NCBI GenBank assembly: GCA_965263295.1
Contig: OZ253665.1
Coordinates: 32,001 to 96,000 of the forward strand
DNA from: Spirochaetia bacterium
GTDB lineage: Bacteria; Spirochaetota; Spirochaetia; SP-2023
DNA length: 64,000 nt
Direction of reading: 5' to 3'
The position numbers and the translations under genes are program-made. The notes under the pieces were generated by a model. It made no database searches. It had not been told where the DNA came from and saw nothing but the letters and a program-made list of their open reading frames with translations. Shown here piece after piece: positions 1-9,514 of the stretch (position 1 is its first letter; the number at the start of each line of letters is the position of its first letter).

Positions 1-176
1 CGCCAGGCGATCAAAATACAGGTAGAAACCGCGTGCGCGGCGCAGGCGCGCGCGCTGCAATTGCCGCATGCTGTTCGACAGTTGCTTGGCCAGTTCCGGT
101 CCGGCCGACTCACACGACCAATATGCAGAAGAAAACATTGAGCTCCAGAGCGACGAGGATAAAGGATACTTTGAGC

Positions 177-3100
177 TTAACGAGGCTTGAACCGATCATA
201 CTTGGCCTGCGCTTTGCCGGCACTGCGTTCATCACCCATCTGGGTGTAAATATCTGTTTGCAAATTATAGGCAGCAGCCAGTTTGCGGTCGTAGCTCAGA
301 GCCAACTGACTGTCGGCTAGAGCACCTTGCAAGTCGCCCTTAGCCAGTTCGACCGCAGCTCGCCCGCAATAAAACGGCGCCCTCTGGTCGTTGATCTGGA
401 TTGCTTTTTCCATTTCAGCCATGGCCAGATCAAGTTCCTCGCGAGCCAATAAAACCATCCCTCGACCATAATAAATTTCGGCATCATATTTATTTAGACT
501 CAAAGCTTTGTCGAAGGCTTCACTGGCCTTGTCCAGGTCGCCCAGCAGGCGCTGGGCTTCGCCGAGGAAACGCCAGGCCTCGTAGTCGTCGCCGTAATGC
601 TCAATATAATGTTGCAAATCTTTTAGTGCAGAGCTGTAGTCCTGTATTTTCAAGAACGCGCTGCCGCGCCCGATGAAGGCTTTGGGCTCAGGGTTTTCTT
701 GCAAATTAATGGCATCGTCAAACAGGTCGATAGCTAGGTTATATTTATTTTTATATAGGGCAATCATGGCTTGGCCGTAGTGACCCTGGGCCGGGCCGGG
801 AACGCTGTCTTCGCCGGCATCTAGCAGCTGCTTAAAAAGTTTTTGAGCTCTATTTGTTTTGCCCAGCCCGGTCAGTATCTGGGCGTAGTTAAAGATTAGG
901 AAAGGATCATTGGTATTTGAGCGATACGCCTTTGCCATGCTCTCTTCTGCAGTTTCATAGTCTCCTAGTCGGAAGGCCAGGTAGCCCAGTAGATATTGGG
1001 CTTGAGGGTTGGCGCTGTCCTTTTGCAACAATTGGGCTATATCGGCCTCGGCCTCTGGGTAACGGTCTAGACGGAGCTCCAAGTTGGCGCGCTGTAGCTG
1101 GAAATCATCGCGTTCCTGATCTAGTTCCAGGGCCTGGGTCACCAACTTCAAGCCGTCATCTAGATTGCCGTTGGCGGAGATGAGCATGCCCTTCCAAAAC
1201 AGGCTGTCGGCATTCTGGGGCTCTAGCTCGACGGCTTTGCTTATATCGGTGAGAGCCAGCGCGCTTTCCCCGCGACTCTCGTGGAGTCCGGTGCGCAGAA
1301 TATAGAGCTCGACGTTTTCCGGGTCTAGCTGGAGGCCGGCGTCGGCGTCGGCGAGGGCCAGATCACTGTCTCCGAGGCTGTCGTGAAGTCTGGCGCGCAG
1401 GGTATAGAGCTCGACGTTTTCCGGGTCTAGCTGGAGGCCGGCGTCGGCGTCGGCGAGGGCCAGATCACTGTCTCCGAGGCTGTCGTGGAGCCTGGCGCGC
1501 AGGGTATAGAGCTCGACGTTTTCCGAGTCTAGCTGAAGGCCCGTGTCGGCGTCGGCGAGGGCTTGCTCGACTTTATCGAGCTGGAAATTAATTCTGGCTC
1601 GCAGGGCGTAGGTCTTGCTGTAGTCTGGGCGCAACTGGATTAATTTTTCCAGAGTTGCCAGGGCCGGGCGGTAAGAATGGCGGCGATAACGGGCCAGAGC
1701 CAGGGCATAGTAATATTCGGCGCTGTAAGGCTCGTAGTGCACGGCCTGTCGTAGGGAAATTTCGGCCTTGGCGTTGTCGTTGAGTTTGGCGTAAAGCAGC
1801 CCTTGGTAGTAATAGGCACTGCCGTTCTCGCGTTCCAGTTTGACGGCGTTATTGACATCATTCAAGCCGGCCTCTAAGTCTCCCATTTGGGCCTTGGCGC
1901 TGCCGCGCAAGTAGCGCGGTTTTGCAGACCCTGGCCCCTTTTCGGGCGCCAGGCGCACAGCTTGTTCGTAGCTGGCCAAGGCCTCTTTATATTGGCCTTT
2001 TGCGACTTGGACATTGCCAATGCCCGTGTAGACATCGCTGTTTTTGACCTCGCGTTGCAACAGGATATCAAAATCTTCCATTGCGGCATCGGGCTGGTCT
2101 AGTTGCAGCTGTACATCTCCTCGGTACTGGAAGAGCAAGAGGAGTTCGGTTTCGTCCAGCTTTTCGCCATCGCGGGTTTTGAATAGATTGGCATTTAACA
2201 GTCCAATCCCCTTGTTGTAGTCGTCCAAGGCCTCCTGGAAACGGCCCATACTCTGATAAAAGGCTCCGCGTAGCTGGTAGACTTCAAAGTCTTTCGGGGC
2301 TAGCTCGACAGCTTCATTATAGTCTTTTTCGGCCTCTTCAAGGCGGCCGGTACCTTGTTCAAACTGGGCCCGTCGCCAGTACAATTCGCTAATTTCCGTA
2401 TTGCGAACAAAGGCCTGGTCAAAATATTTTTGGGCGCGCCGGGGTTTAGAGTTTGCGGCCTCGACGGCTGCCAGTCCGGCATAAATGTAGGGGTTGTCAC
2501 TGTCAAAGCGCCGAGCTCTGAGTAGAGCCTTGCGCACTTGTTTATATTTTTGTTGGCGCAGCAGGCTGCGACCCAGTCCGACATAAGCTTGTCCGACTTG
2601 AGTTTTGGTTTTGTTTCGAGCTGCCAGCTCAATAGCCTGGGTGTAGTCGTTGCTGGCATCGGCCCAGCGTCGCTGCGCCAGGTTTGCATCACCTCGACTC
2701 AGGTAGAGTTGGGCCAGCTGGGGTTTGTCTTTGGTATTTGAAATCGCGTTGTCGTAGTCCAGAAGCGCCAAAAAAGGCACATACGGCTGCAAGACATCGC
2801 CGCGCAGCAAATAGGCTCTAGCATTTTGACCGTCAAGCTCGACGATGCGGCTGTAAACCTGCCAAGCCAGCTTGGGATCGTTGTTTTTCATCGCAATGCG
2901 CCCGTAGCCGTAATACGCTTCAAAGGCGCGATTGTCTAACCCGATTGCCTGGCCGTAGCTTTTGAGTGCGGTGTCGTCATCGCCAAAGGCTTCAAAAACT
3001 TGACCCAAGGCCAGGAATGCTTCTGTATAGTCTGATTTTAACTGTAAGGCTTGAAATAATAGGGTTCTGGCATTTTCGTAATCTTTGGCGTCAATAGCCT

Positions 3101-3272
3101 CCAGGCTTTGTTCATACAGGGCTTCGGGGCTTTCAGTGCCACTTTGAGCTTGCAGGGCAAGCGCCAGGGGGGGGAGGAGAGGTAGATTCAAATTGCCCCA
3201 GATTATACCCAGAAACAAAGGCAGCAGCAGTTTAACTGCAGGCAGGGGATTGGATGGATGCCGTAACTGCAT
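177..3272 (-). CDS. Large exported/membrane-anchored tetratricopeptide-repeat protein (1031 aa)
   Basis: Hydrophobic N-terminus, then continuous 34-aa TPR-like units (A-Y-x-x-x-G ... A-L-x-L-x-P) along the whole length. Confidence 0.9.
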   Translation of the reverse strand: MQLRHPSNPLPAVKLLLPLFLGIIWGNLNLPLLPPLALALQAQSGTESPEALYEQSLEAIDAKDYENARTLLFQALQLKSDYTEAFLALGQVFEAFGDDDTALKSYGQAIGLDNRAFEAYYGYGRIAMKNNDPKLAWQVYSRIVELDGQNARAYLLRGDVLQPYVPFLALLDYDNAISNTKDKPQLAQLYLSRGDANLAQRRWADASNDYTQAIELAARNKTKTQVGQAYVGLGRSLLRQQKYKQVRKALLRARRFDSDNPYIYAGLAAVEAANSKPRRAQKYFDQAFVRNTEISELYWRRAQFEQGTGRLEEAEKDYNEAVELAPKDFEVYQLRGAFYQSMGRFQEALDDYNKGIGLLNANLFKTRDGEKLDETELLLLFQYRGDVQLQLDQPDAAMEDFDILLQREVKNSDVYTGIGNVQVAKGQYKEALASYEQAVRLAPEKGPGSAKPRYLRGSAKAQMGDLEAGLNDVNNAVKLERENGSAYYYQGLLYAKLNDNAKAEISLRQAVHYEPYSAEYYYALALARYRRHSYRPALATLEKLIQLRPDYSKTYALRARINFQLDKVEQALADADTGLQLDSENVELYTLRARLHDSLGDSDLALADADAGLQLDPENVELYTLRARLHDSLGDSDLALADADAGLQLDPENVELYILRTGLHESRGESALALTDISKAVELEPQNADSLFWKGMLISANGNLDDGLKLVTQALELDQERDDFQLQRANLELRLDRYPEAEADIAQLLQKDSANPQAQYLLGYLAFRLGDYETAEESMAKAYRSNTNDPFLIFNYAQILTGLGKTNRAQKLFKQLLDAGEDSVPGPAQGHYGQAMIALYKNKYNLAIDLFDDAINLQENPEPKAFIGRGSAFLKIQDYSSALKDLQHYIEHYGDDYEAWRFLGEAQRLLGDLDKASEAFDKALSLNKYDAEIYYGRGMVLLAREELDLAMAEMEKAIQINDQRAPFYCGRAAVELAKGDLQGALADSQLALSYDRKLAAAYNLQTDIYTQMGDERSAGKAQAKYDRFKPR
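1301..1562. repeat. Near-identical 102-bp tandem repeat (~2.5 copies) encoding TPR units
   Basis: tatagagctcgacgttttccgggtctagctggaggccggcgtcggcgtcggcgaggg recurs at 102-bp spacing; protein unit LADADAGLQLDPENVELYTLRARLHDSLGDSDLA. Confidence 0.95.
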
Positions 3273-3335
3273 AGCAATTTAGTATAGTCAAGCGACAAAG
3301 TATAAGGAAGCCTGATCAGTGCGTAAAAAACGGTT

Positions 3336-4229
3336 TCAGTGATCCTCGCAATTGTTCAACACGGTTTGCAATTGTCTCTGTTCGGCCTGGCTGAGTGGCC
3401 AGAGAGGTGGGCGTACGCGCTGGCCGACAAGACCTTCAAGGTGCATTAAGGTTTTTACTGCCAGTGGATTGTTGCCGATGCTCAGCAGGGCGCGCATTAG
3501 TTCCAGCCACCGAAACTGTAGCGCTCGGGCTTTTTGCACGTCTTGCTTGGCCAAGGCACTTACGAGTTCGCGCATAGCCTGGGGACGCAGATTGCTTAGC
3601 ACTGAGACGACGCCGTCACCGCCTAGCAGCATCAGATGAAAAGCTAAGGCGTCGTCGCCACTGAGCACGGAAAAAAATTCGGGAGCCTTGCGGATGACGT
3701 CGCTGGCTTGGTTCAAGTCGCCGCTGGCTTCCTTGACGCCCCGAATGTTGGGACAGGCCTCAATGAGACGCAGCAAGGTCGGAGTTTCCAGGTTGACACC
3801 CGTGCGGCCGGGGATGTTGTATAAAAGAATTGGCCGCTCGGTCGCGCCAGCCAGGCGGCGGAAGTGATGAAACAAGCCCTCTTGTGTCGGTTTGTTATAA
3901 TAGGGGTTGACGATCATCATGGCATCGACGTCCAGTCGGTCGCACATGCGGGTCTCTTCTTCGGCAAAAGCGGTATCGTTGCTGCCAGTTCCAATGACGA
4001 CTTTGCAAGCTGTTGCGCTAGTTCTCTCGCGCACGAAGCGCACCAGACTTTCCATCTCGCGATTGTAGATCACGGGGCTTTCGCCGGTAGTTCCCATCAC
4101 CACCAGGCCGTCGACTTGAGCTTGAATCTGTTGCTTGAGAAGGCGCTCCAAAGCGGGATAATCAATTTGATTATCATCAGTAAAAGGTGTCACCAGTGCC
4201 GTGTAGAGACCTCTAAAGAATTTACTCAT
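3336..4229 (-). CDS. dapA: 4-hydroxy-tetrahydrodipicolinate synthase
   Basis: ALVTPF, GTTGE, PYYNKPTQEGL, LYNIPGRTG, GVKEASG (catalytic Lys), LSGDD motifs. Confidence 0.95.
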   Translation of the reverse strand: MSKFFRGLYTALVTPFTDDNQIDYPALERLLKQQIQAQVDGLVVMGTTGESPVIYNREMESLVRFVRERTSATACKVVIGTGSNDTAFAEEETRMCDRLDVDAMMIVNPYYNKPTQEGLFHHFRRLAGATERPILLYNIPGRTGVNLETPTLLRLIEACPNIRGVKEASGDLNQASDVIRKAPEFFSVLSGDDALAFHLMLLGGDGVVSVLSNLRPQAMRELVSALAKQDVQKARALQFRWLELMRALLSIGNNPLAVKTLMHLEGLVGQRVRPPLWPLSQAEQRQLQTVLNNCEDH

Positions 4230-4519
4230 ATATTACCAACCTTCGCCAAGGCACCAAGGCAGGTATCAACTGTAAGGAAATGGAAAGTCTGTGTCAATGT
4301 ATGCCTCTATTTCGCAGGGGCCTTTTCCTCAAATGATGTTGCGATAAAAATTTTTCGAGGCCAATCTTCGGGTCCCAATTTACTGATGAAAATTGACTTG
4401 AGGAGATTGTAGAGCTGAAATTATTGAACCTCAACTTGTCGATATGGCGATTTTTTGTATTATATTTTCTTGATAATACTTATTATTTTATATCAACTAA
4501 AAACTAGGAGGATTTTTAG

Positions 4520-5539
4520 ATGAAAAAAATATTTTTTGGCCTCTTTATCCTGGCTTTTGCGGCAGTGCTCAGCGCCCGCGGGAATGCCCCTGTAGAGCCG
4601 GTTGACCGCTGTGAGCCTGTCGGCGCTACAGAGAAAAATGTTCGTATCGTGACCCCAGGTATTGGGCCACCTGGACTGGCTATGGCTAAATTATTACTTG
4701 ATCAAGACAATATTCTGGAAGGCTACGAGGTCCATTATGAAACTTTCTCTGCGCATGTGCCGATTCAAACTGAAGTGATGAAGTGCGGCCCCAGCATTGC
4801 CATTGTGCCTTCGACTATGGCGGCTAAAGTGTACAATTCTAATGGCGGCTACAAGATACTGGGGACATCTGGCTATGGCAATTTGTACTTTGTCACTACG
4901 GAAAATATCTCCAATTTCAAGCTAGAGGACCTGGCAGGTAAGACCATTGGCATGATTGGCCAGCATGCTACGCCGGATTTAACGGCACAGTATGTATTGG
5001 AGGAAAATAATATTTATAATTATAAATTTTCTTACTATGCCAATGGTCAGCTTGTCCTCCCTGAACTCATCAATGGGAAACTGCAGTATGCCTTGTTGCC
5101 TGAGCCTTTAGTTACACTCCGTTCTGATGTTGCCGGTATTATGGCTGACATCAGTTTAAACGAAGAATTCTCGAAAATTCCTGGCAACGAACATTATGCC
5201 CATGGATTTCCTCAGGCGACCTTGATTGTGAAAAGTCAATTTGCGCGAACTCATGGCGAGTTTGTCGATGCCTTTCAGGCGCAGCTCAAGGAAAGCATAG
5301 CCTGGGTTCGCGATAGTGCGAATAGTGCCCAGCTGCAAGAAATGATGCCAAAATTGAAGCTGGGCTTAGCGGGAGCTTCGTTGGAAAAACTAGCTGCGCT
5401 TAATGATCGGTTAAATTATGGCTACAACACCGTCGCGGACGAGCGACAATTGTACCGTGATTATTACAAAATTCTATATCTGCGCTATGCCGATATAATT
5501 GGCGGGCAAATCCCCGATGACCAAATCTTCTATTATTAA
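4520..5539 (+). CDS. NitT/TauT-family ABC transporter substrate-binding protein
   Basis: Signal peptide, AGGAGG RBS, DLAGKTIG..TPD and LLPEP motifs; first gene of a three-gene ABC operon. Confidence 0.8.
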   Translation: MKKIFFGLFILAFAAVLSARGNAPVEPVDRCEPVGATEKNVRIVTPGIGPPGLAMAKLLLDQDNILEGYEVHYETFSAHVPIQTEVMKCGPSIAIVPSTMAAKVYNSNGGYKILGTSGYGNLYFVTTENISNFKLEDLAGKTIGMIGQHATPDLTAQYVLEENNIYNYKFSYYANGQLVLPELINGKLQYALLPEPLVTLRSDVAGIMADISLNEEFSKIPGNEHYAHGFPQATLIVKSQFARTHGEFVDAFQAQLKESIAWVRDSANSAQLQEMMPKLKLGLAGASLEKLAALNDRLNYGYNTVADERQLYRDYYKILYLRYADIIGGQIPDDQIFYY

Positions 5540-6272
5540 CAGGCTCATTAATATTGGCTCTGTAGTTTCCATGCTGTTGGCATGGGAGCTATATGCCATA
5601 ATTATGAATAAAGGATTTTTGTATCCTAGACTATCAGAAATATTTTCAAATATAATTGCAATAATTGGTAGCGCTAGGTTTTACAATAACCTCTCGGTAA
5701 GTCTGGGGAGGGCCTTGCTCGCTTTATTTTTTTCTTTACTTTTAGCCCTGACTCTCAGTATTCTCAGGCGTTGTCATAAATATATTGATAGTCTGGTTTT
5801 GCCCTACCAGTTGGCGTTTTCGTCATTTCCACCTATGGTCATGGTGGTCGTTTTTATGATTTTATACGATAAATCAACCATTCCTTATCTGCTTAGCTTG
5901 CTGGTTCTACTACCTGTTCTAACCGAGACCATTACCCACAGAATAGATAGTACGGATAGGAATTTACTTCGGATGTGCCAGCTATTTCAGGTCGGCAGAG
6001 CTAAAAAGATCAGAAATGTTTATTTTCCACATGTTATGAGGGGAATAATTTCGATATTATTTGCGATGTTTGCCAATTCGTTTAAATTTGTTTTAGCCGG
6101 CGAGGTCTTCGCAAATCCGAGTAAAGGCATTGGGTCTGAGTTAAACCTGCTGCGGGCAAATTTTCAAATATCGATGTTATTTGCCTGGGTTGTCATTATT
6201 GCCGTTATTTCAACCATTCTGTATGGCTTACAGAAACTGATTTTCAGGAAAGCTCTCGCTGAAGAACTTTGA
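5517..6272 (+). CDS. NitT/TauT-family ABC transporter permease
   Basis: Several TM segments, EAA-like loop (DRNLLRMCQLFQVGRAKKIRNVYFP), GE..GIG motif; ATG at 5517 chosen as start. Confidence 0.85.
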   Translation: MTKSSIINRLINIGSVVSMLLAWELYAIIMNKGFLYPRLSEIFSNIIAIIGSARFYNNLSVSLGRALLALFFSLLLALTLSILRRCHKYIDSLVLPYQLAFSSFPPMVMVVVFMILYDKSTIPYLLSLLVLLPVLTETITHRIDSTDRNLLRMCQLFQVGRAKKIRNVYFPHVMRGIISILFAMFANSFKFVLAGEVFANPSKGIGSELNLLRANFQISMLFAWVVIIAVISTILYGLQKLIFRKALAEEL

Positions 6273-6922
6273 TGTTAAAGATTGAGAACCTGAATATTCG
6301 CTATGGCGACCAGGAAATCTTGAAAAATATTTCGGCTGATTTTTGTCCGTCTAAGGTTCATATTTTACTGGGCAGGTCCGGTATCGGGAAAACCAGTCTG
6401 CTGAATACAGCTTTGCTCGACTACAAAAATGCAGATGGGCAGATTCAGCGGAAATTTCAGACATGTTCCATGGTTTTTCAGGAAGACCGGTTGCTTCCTT
6501 ATGCCAATATTTATCGAAATATTGAATTGGTCCTCAAGACCTCAAAAGCGAATAAAATGGAAAAAATCCATCAAGCCTTAAGATTTGTCAATCTGGAAGG
6601 CCAAGCCGACAAAATGCCCTACCAGCTTAGTGGCGGCATGAGGCAGCGCGTCAACATTGCCCGAGCCCTGGCTCATGACGGCGATCTCATCGTCATGGAT
6701 GAAGCTTTTAAGTCCATTGACTACAATAATAAATGGCATATTGTAGAAGAGCTAAAACGCTATTTTCACGCCAGACAAAAAACGGTAATAGTTGTCACTC
6801 ACGATATTGAAGTTGCCCTGGCCTTAGGTGATTTTATCCACGTTCTGCGCTCGGATCATATACATGTATTGCAAAATGATGTCGGGATTTCAAAACTGGA
6901 TCTGATTACGATTTATGATTAG
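6269..6922 (+). CDS. ABC transporter ATP-binding protein
   Basis: Walker A GRSGIGKT, Q-loop VFQEDRLLP, signature LSGGMRQR, Walker B VMDE, H-loop VTHD. Confidence 0.92.
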   Translation: MMLKIENLNIRYGDQEILKNISADFCPSKVHILLGRSGIGKTSLLNTALLDYKNADGQIQRKFQTCSMVFQEDRLLPYANIYRNIELVLKTSKANKMEKIHQALRFVNLEGQADKMPYQLSGGMRQRVNIARALAHDGDLIVMDEAFKSIDYNNKWHIVEELKRYFHARQKTVIVVTHDIEVALALGDFIHVLRSDHIHVLQNDVGISKLDLITIYD

Positions 6923-6949
6923 AGCTGAGTAATTTTGAAATATCTGCTT

Positions 6950-8125
6950 TTAAAACCAATTGCGCAACCAGCTGGGCCAAGGGATATCGCTTGGGCGAAA
7001 GTTGGTAGCAAAGTCGACAAATTTATGCCACAATCTCGCAATACGGCTATCTAAGCGCTTGTACTTGCGTTGCCGTTGCTCTACGGCTTCTTGAACTTGG
7101 GCTTTTACTTGCTCTATGCCACTGAGTAGTTCGGGGTTAGGCAGGTGTAATAGGTAGGGCTCTTTGTGTATTCGCTCGTCATCGGCCTGTCGGATGTCTT
7201 GGGCGTCAGAGAGGGGCTCTAGCTGAATGGCAGCCTGAACTAGGGGGCGATAGTCTGTATCTAGGCTGAGTAGAATTTGCTGCTTTATATCTTGACTGTC
7301 GCCGAAATTTTCCACCATAAATAGGCTATTTTCGTCAGAAGAAAGCTTGCGATAAGCATAGCGTGAAAGTTGCGCTAAGCCGAGCACGATCAAGTTCGCA
7401 GAAGCATCAATCTTCTCCATTGCGAGGTTCAGTTCATTGACTTCGGCTGCATAATAGCGTTGCGTAGCCAAACTTTTTGCAGCGGGGCTGCCCTGCGACT
7501 TAAAGCCCTCGACGAAAGATTGATAATACTTGTCGTAGCTGCTGCCGCGGTAGAACATGGCAATTGTCTGTTGGCGTTCTGGGTGTTGTTGCATAAATAT
7601 TTTGGCAATTTGTCCCATTTGGTGGTAGCCTGCTTCTAAGTCGGTACACACCGTCTGGATTTTGGGGTTGCGCGATACCGCATCAATCAAAACTAATTGA
7701 CCGTTGGAAAATTCTTTGGAAAACTCTTTGGGAAATTCTAGGGTTTGTTCTTCGAGATTGCGCAGCCAGTATGGGCTCAAGAGCACTTTGTAGCCATCAC
7801 TTAGCAGATCTTCCAAGATAATTTTCAAAGAAGTTGTCTTTTCTAGATCGTTTTCGTCCTCGCCGTCTTCGTCTTCTGGGCGCAGCCATTGGGTCTCGTC
7901 TGTCGTTGGTATAATGTGCACAAAGTAGCCGGCGTTGAGCCCCATGCGCCGTATTTGCCAAAAACCGACATCCGTGGCCGTTTCCCAGTAAGGATCGGCA
8001 ATAAAATACAGCTGTTTCACGCAGCTGAACATAAGGCTGAACGGTATCAGGAGAAGCAGGAAACTGAAAAGGCGCCGGCTGGACATCGGAATATTATACT
8101 GAAATATGCGAGAAGCCGGCGGCAA
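6950..8125 (-). CDS. Hypothetical lipoprotein, possibly periplasmic-binding-protein fold
   Basis: Long ORF; hydrophobic stretch ending LMFSC (lipobox-like); true start may be the internal Met (MSSRR). Confidence 0.6.
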   Translation of the reverse strand: MPPASRIFQYNIPMSSRRLFSFLLLLIPFSLMFSCVKQLYFIADPYWETATDVGFWQIRRMGLNAGYFVHIIPTTDETQWLRPEDEDGEDENDLEKTTSLKIILEDLLSDGYKVLLSPYWLRNLEEQTLEFPKEFSKEFSNGQLVLIDAVSRNPKIQTVCTDLEAGYHQMGQIAKIFMQQHPERQQTIAMFYRGSSYDKYYQSFVEGFKSQGSPAAKSLATQRYYAAEVNELNLAMEKIDASANLIVLGLAQLSRYAYRKLSSDENSLFMVENFGDSQDIKQQILLSLDTDYRPLVQAAIQLEPLSDAQDIRQADDERIHKEPYLLHLPNPELLSGIEQVKAQVQEAVEQRQRKYKRLDSRIARLWHKFVDFATNFRPSDIPWPSWLRNWF

Positions 8126-8194
8126 AATGCCGGGGCCCCGCTGAATTAAGGACTAAAGATTAGAAGTGATGAACTCCTATTTTAAAGCTTAGAA

Positions 8195-9172
8195 TTAGTG
8201 ACGACCCCGAGCATGCAGCTTTTGAATTACATACGCGCCGACACTCTTGTTGTCGATCAGGCGCAGTTGTACATCGGCCACTAGGTAGGGTACCTGTAGC
8301 TCGTCGCCAGAATAGATGTTCTTCAGCAAGCTGCTGACCTGTTCGTTCTCGCTGATGACGGGGATAGGCTGGGGCGATATTTCATGGATGACACCGCAGA
8401 TGTTGCCCAATTCTTCACTGCGACGTTTGGCGGGTACGGTGAAGGAAATAACTTGGTAGTTGAGGGTCTTGTTTAATTCAGGATGGCCGCCGATGAGCTC
8501 AATACATTGATCGACGATGGCATTAGCTTGCATTCCGTTGTAATCAAGTCTGAAAATACTGCCGTTGGCACTTGCCGTCACGACAATTTCAGTGCGGGAG
8601 TAGAAGTCAATTGAGCCAAGTTCAAAGAAGGTGTGGAGTTGCTTGAGCTGAACGGGACTCAAACCTAAGTGCTTGCGCCCAGCCTTGCGCAAAATTTCTT
8701 TCATTTTGGGTTCCAGAAACTGGGATATAAAGTGATAAAACAGAGATTTTTCTGTGTCGTCCGGATCTTTATCGCTGGCTTCACCTCTGTCTCTCTTGCG
8801 CTCTTTGACTACGCTGAGCAGTGGCTGCAGGCTGCTGGGCTCACTGCTCAATTTTTCGTGATCAAGCAAGGCATTGACGTCAGCCTTGCGATAGTGACGC
8901 AGTTCAATGCGGTAAGGCTCGTGCTGTAGGCTCTGAACATTGAGTATGTGGGCTTCGGGATTGTAACCGTGGCTGCGCAGATAATACGCAAACAAGTCGT
9001 TGAGGGCTTGAGTAGATTTTATCAACTTGCTGAGTGGCAGCATGCGATTCTGCTCAAGTACCAGGCGAACGGTTTCACAGAATTCCAAGTTCTCTTCGTC
9101 GTTGATGCTGTTTAGCAGTTCAAGTGAGCTGCTGTCTTCTAATTCTACTTTGCGCTTGCGCAATGTTGCCAT
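8195..9172 (-). CDS. Hypothetical protein
   Basis: Long ORF; start moved to ATG 9172 (MATLRKRK), which follows a GAGGAGG RBS. Confidence 0.7.
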   Translation of the reverse strand: MATLRKRKVELEDSSSLELLNSINDEENLEFCETVRLVLEQNRMLPLSKLIKSTQALNDLFAYYLRSHGYNPEAHILNVQSLQHEPYRIELRHYRKADVNALLDHEKLSSEPSSLQPLLSVVKERKRDRGEASDKDPDDTEKSLFYHFISQFLEPKMKEILRKAGRKHLGLSPVQLKQLHTFFELGSIDFYSRTEIVVTASANGSIFRLDYNGMQANAIVDQCIELIGGHPELNKTLNYQVISFTVPAKRRSEELGNICGVIHEISPQPIPVISENEQVSSLLKNIYSGDELQVPYLVADVQLRLIDNKSVGAYVIQKLHARGRH

Positions 9173-9514
9173 GGTACCCCTCCTCGGCTCAGATGCGTAA
9201 TAAACGGAATAACGAGTCGGGCCTCTAAACTTAGAGGAAACTCGCCGCCTCAATCCGCTGTGATCTATTGACAGTTGACTTTTTGTCACAACCTGCATTG
9301 CATTGTAATCATAGTCAGAATTTTAAAAAATAGCAAAATTGTAAGAAATTTTTTTTGGCAGAATTTGCGATCTTGCCTGCCGATTAATATATAACGACTG
9401 AGTGCCTTTGTGCCGAACACCTTGGGCGCGCCGGCGGTTTTACTAAAAACTGTAATAATTTTGCAAATTCTGGGCCACAGTGCGGCAAAATAATTTCTTG
9501 AATGTAGAGTCCGT

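Noticed and set aside
1..140. Start of a minus-strand gene running off the window edge
   Set aside because: The frame is open but too short to assign, and no clear RBS
4400..4445. TPP riboswitch before the NitT/TauT operon
   Set aside because: gctgaaa...ttgaacct is only a partial likeness; CUGAGA, CCUGAU and the closing stems are missing
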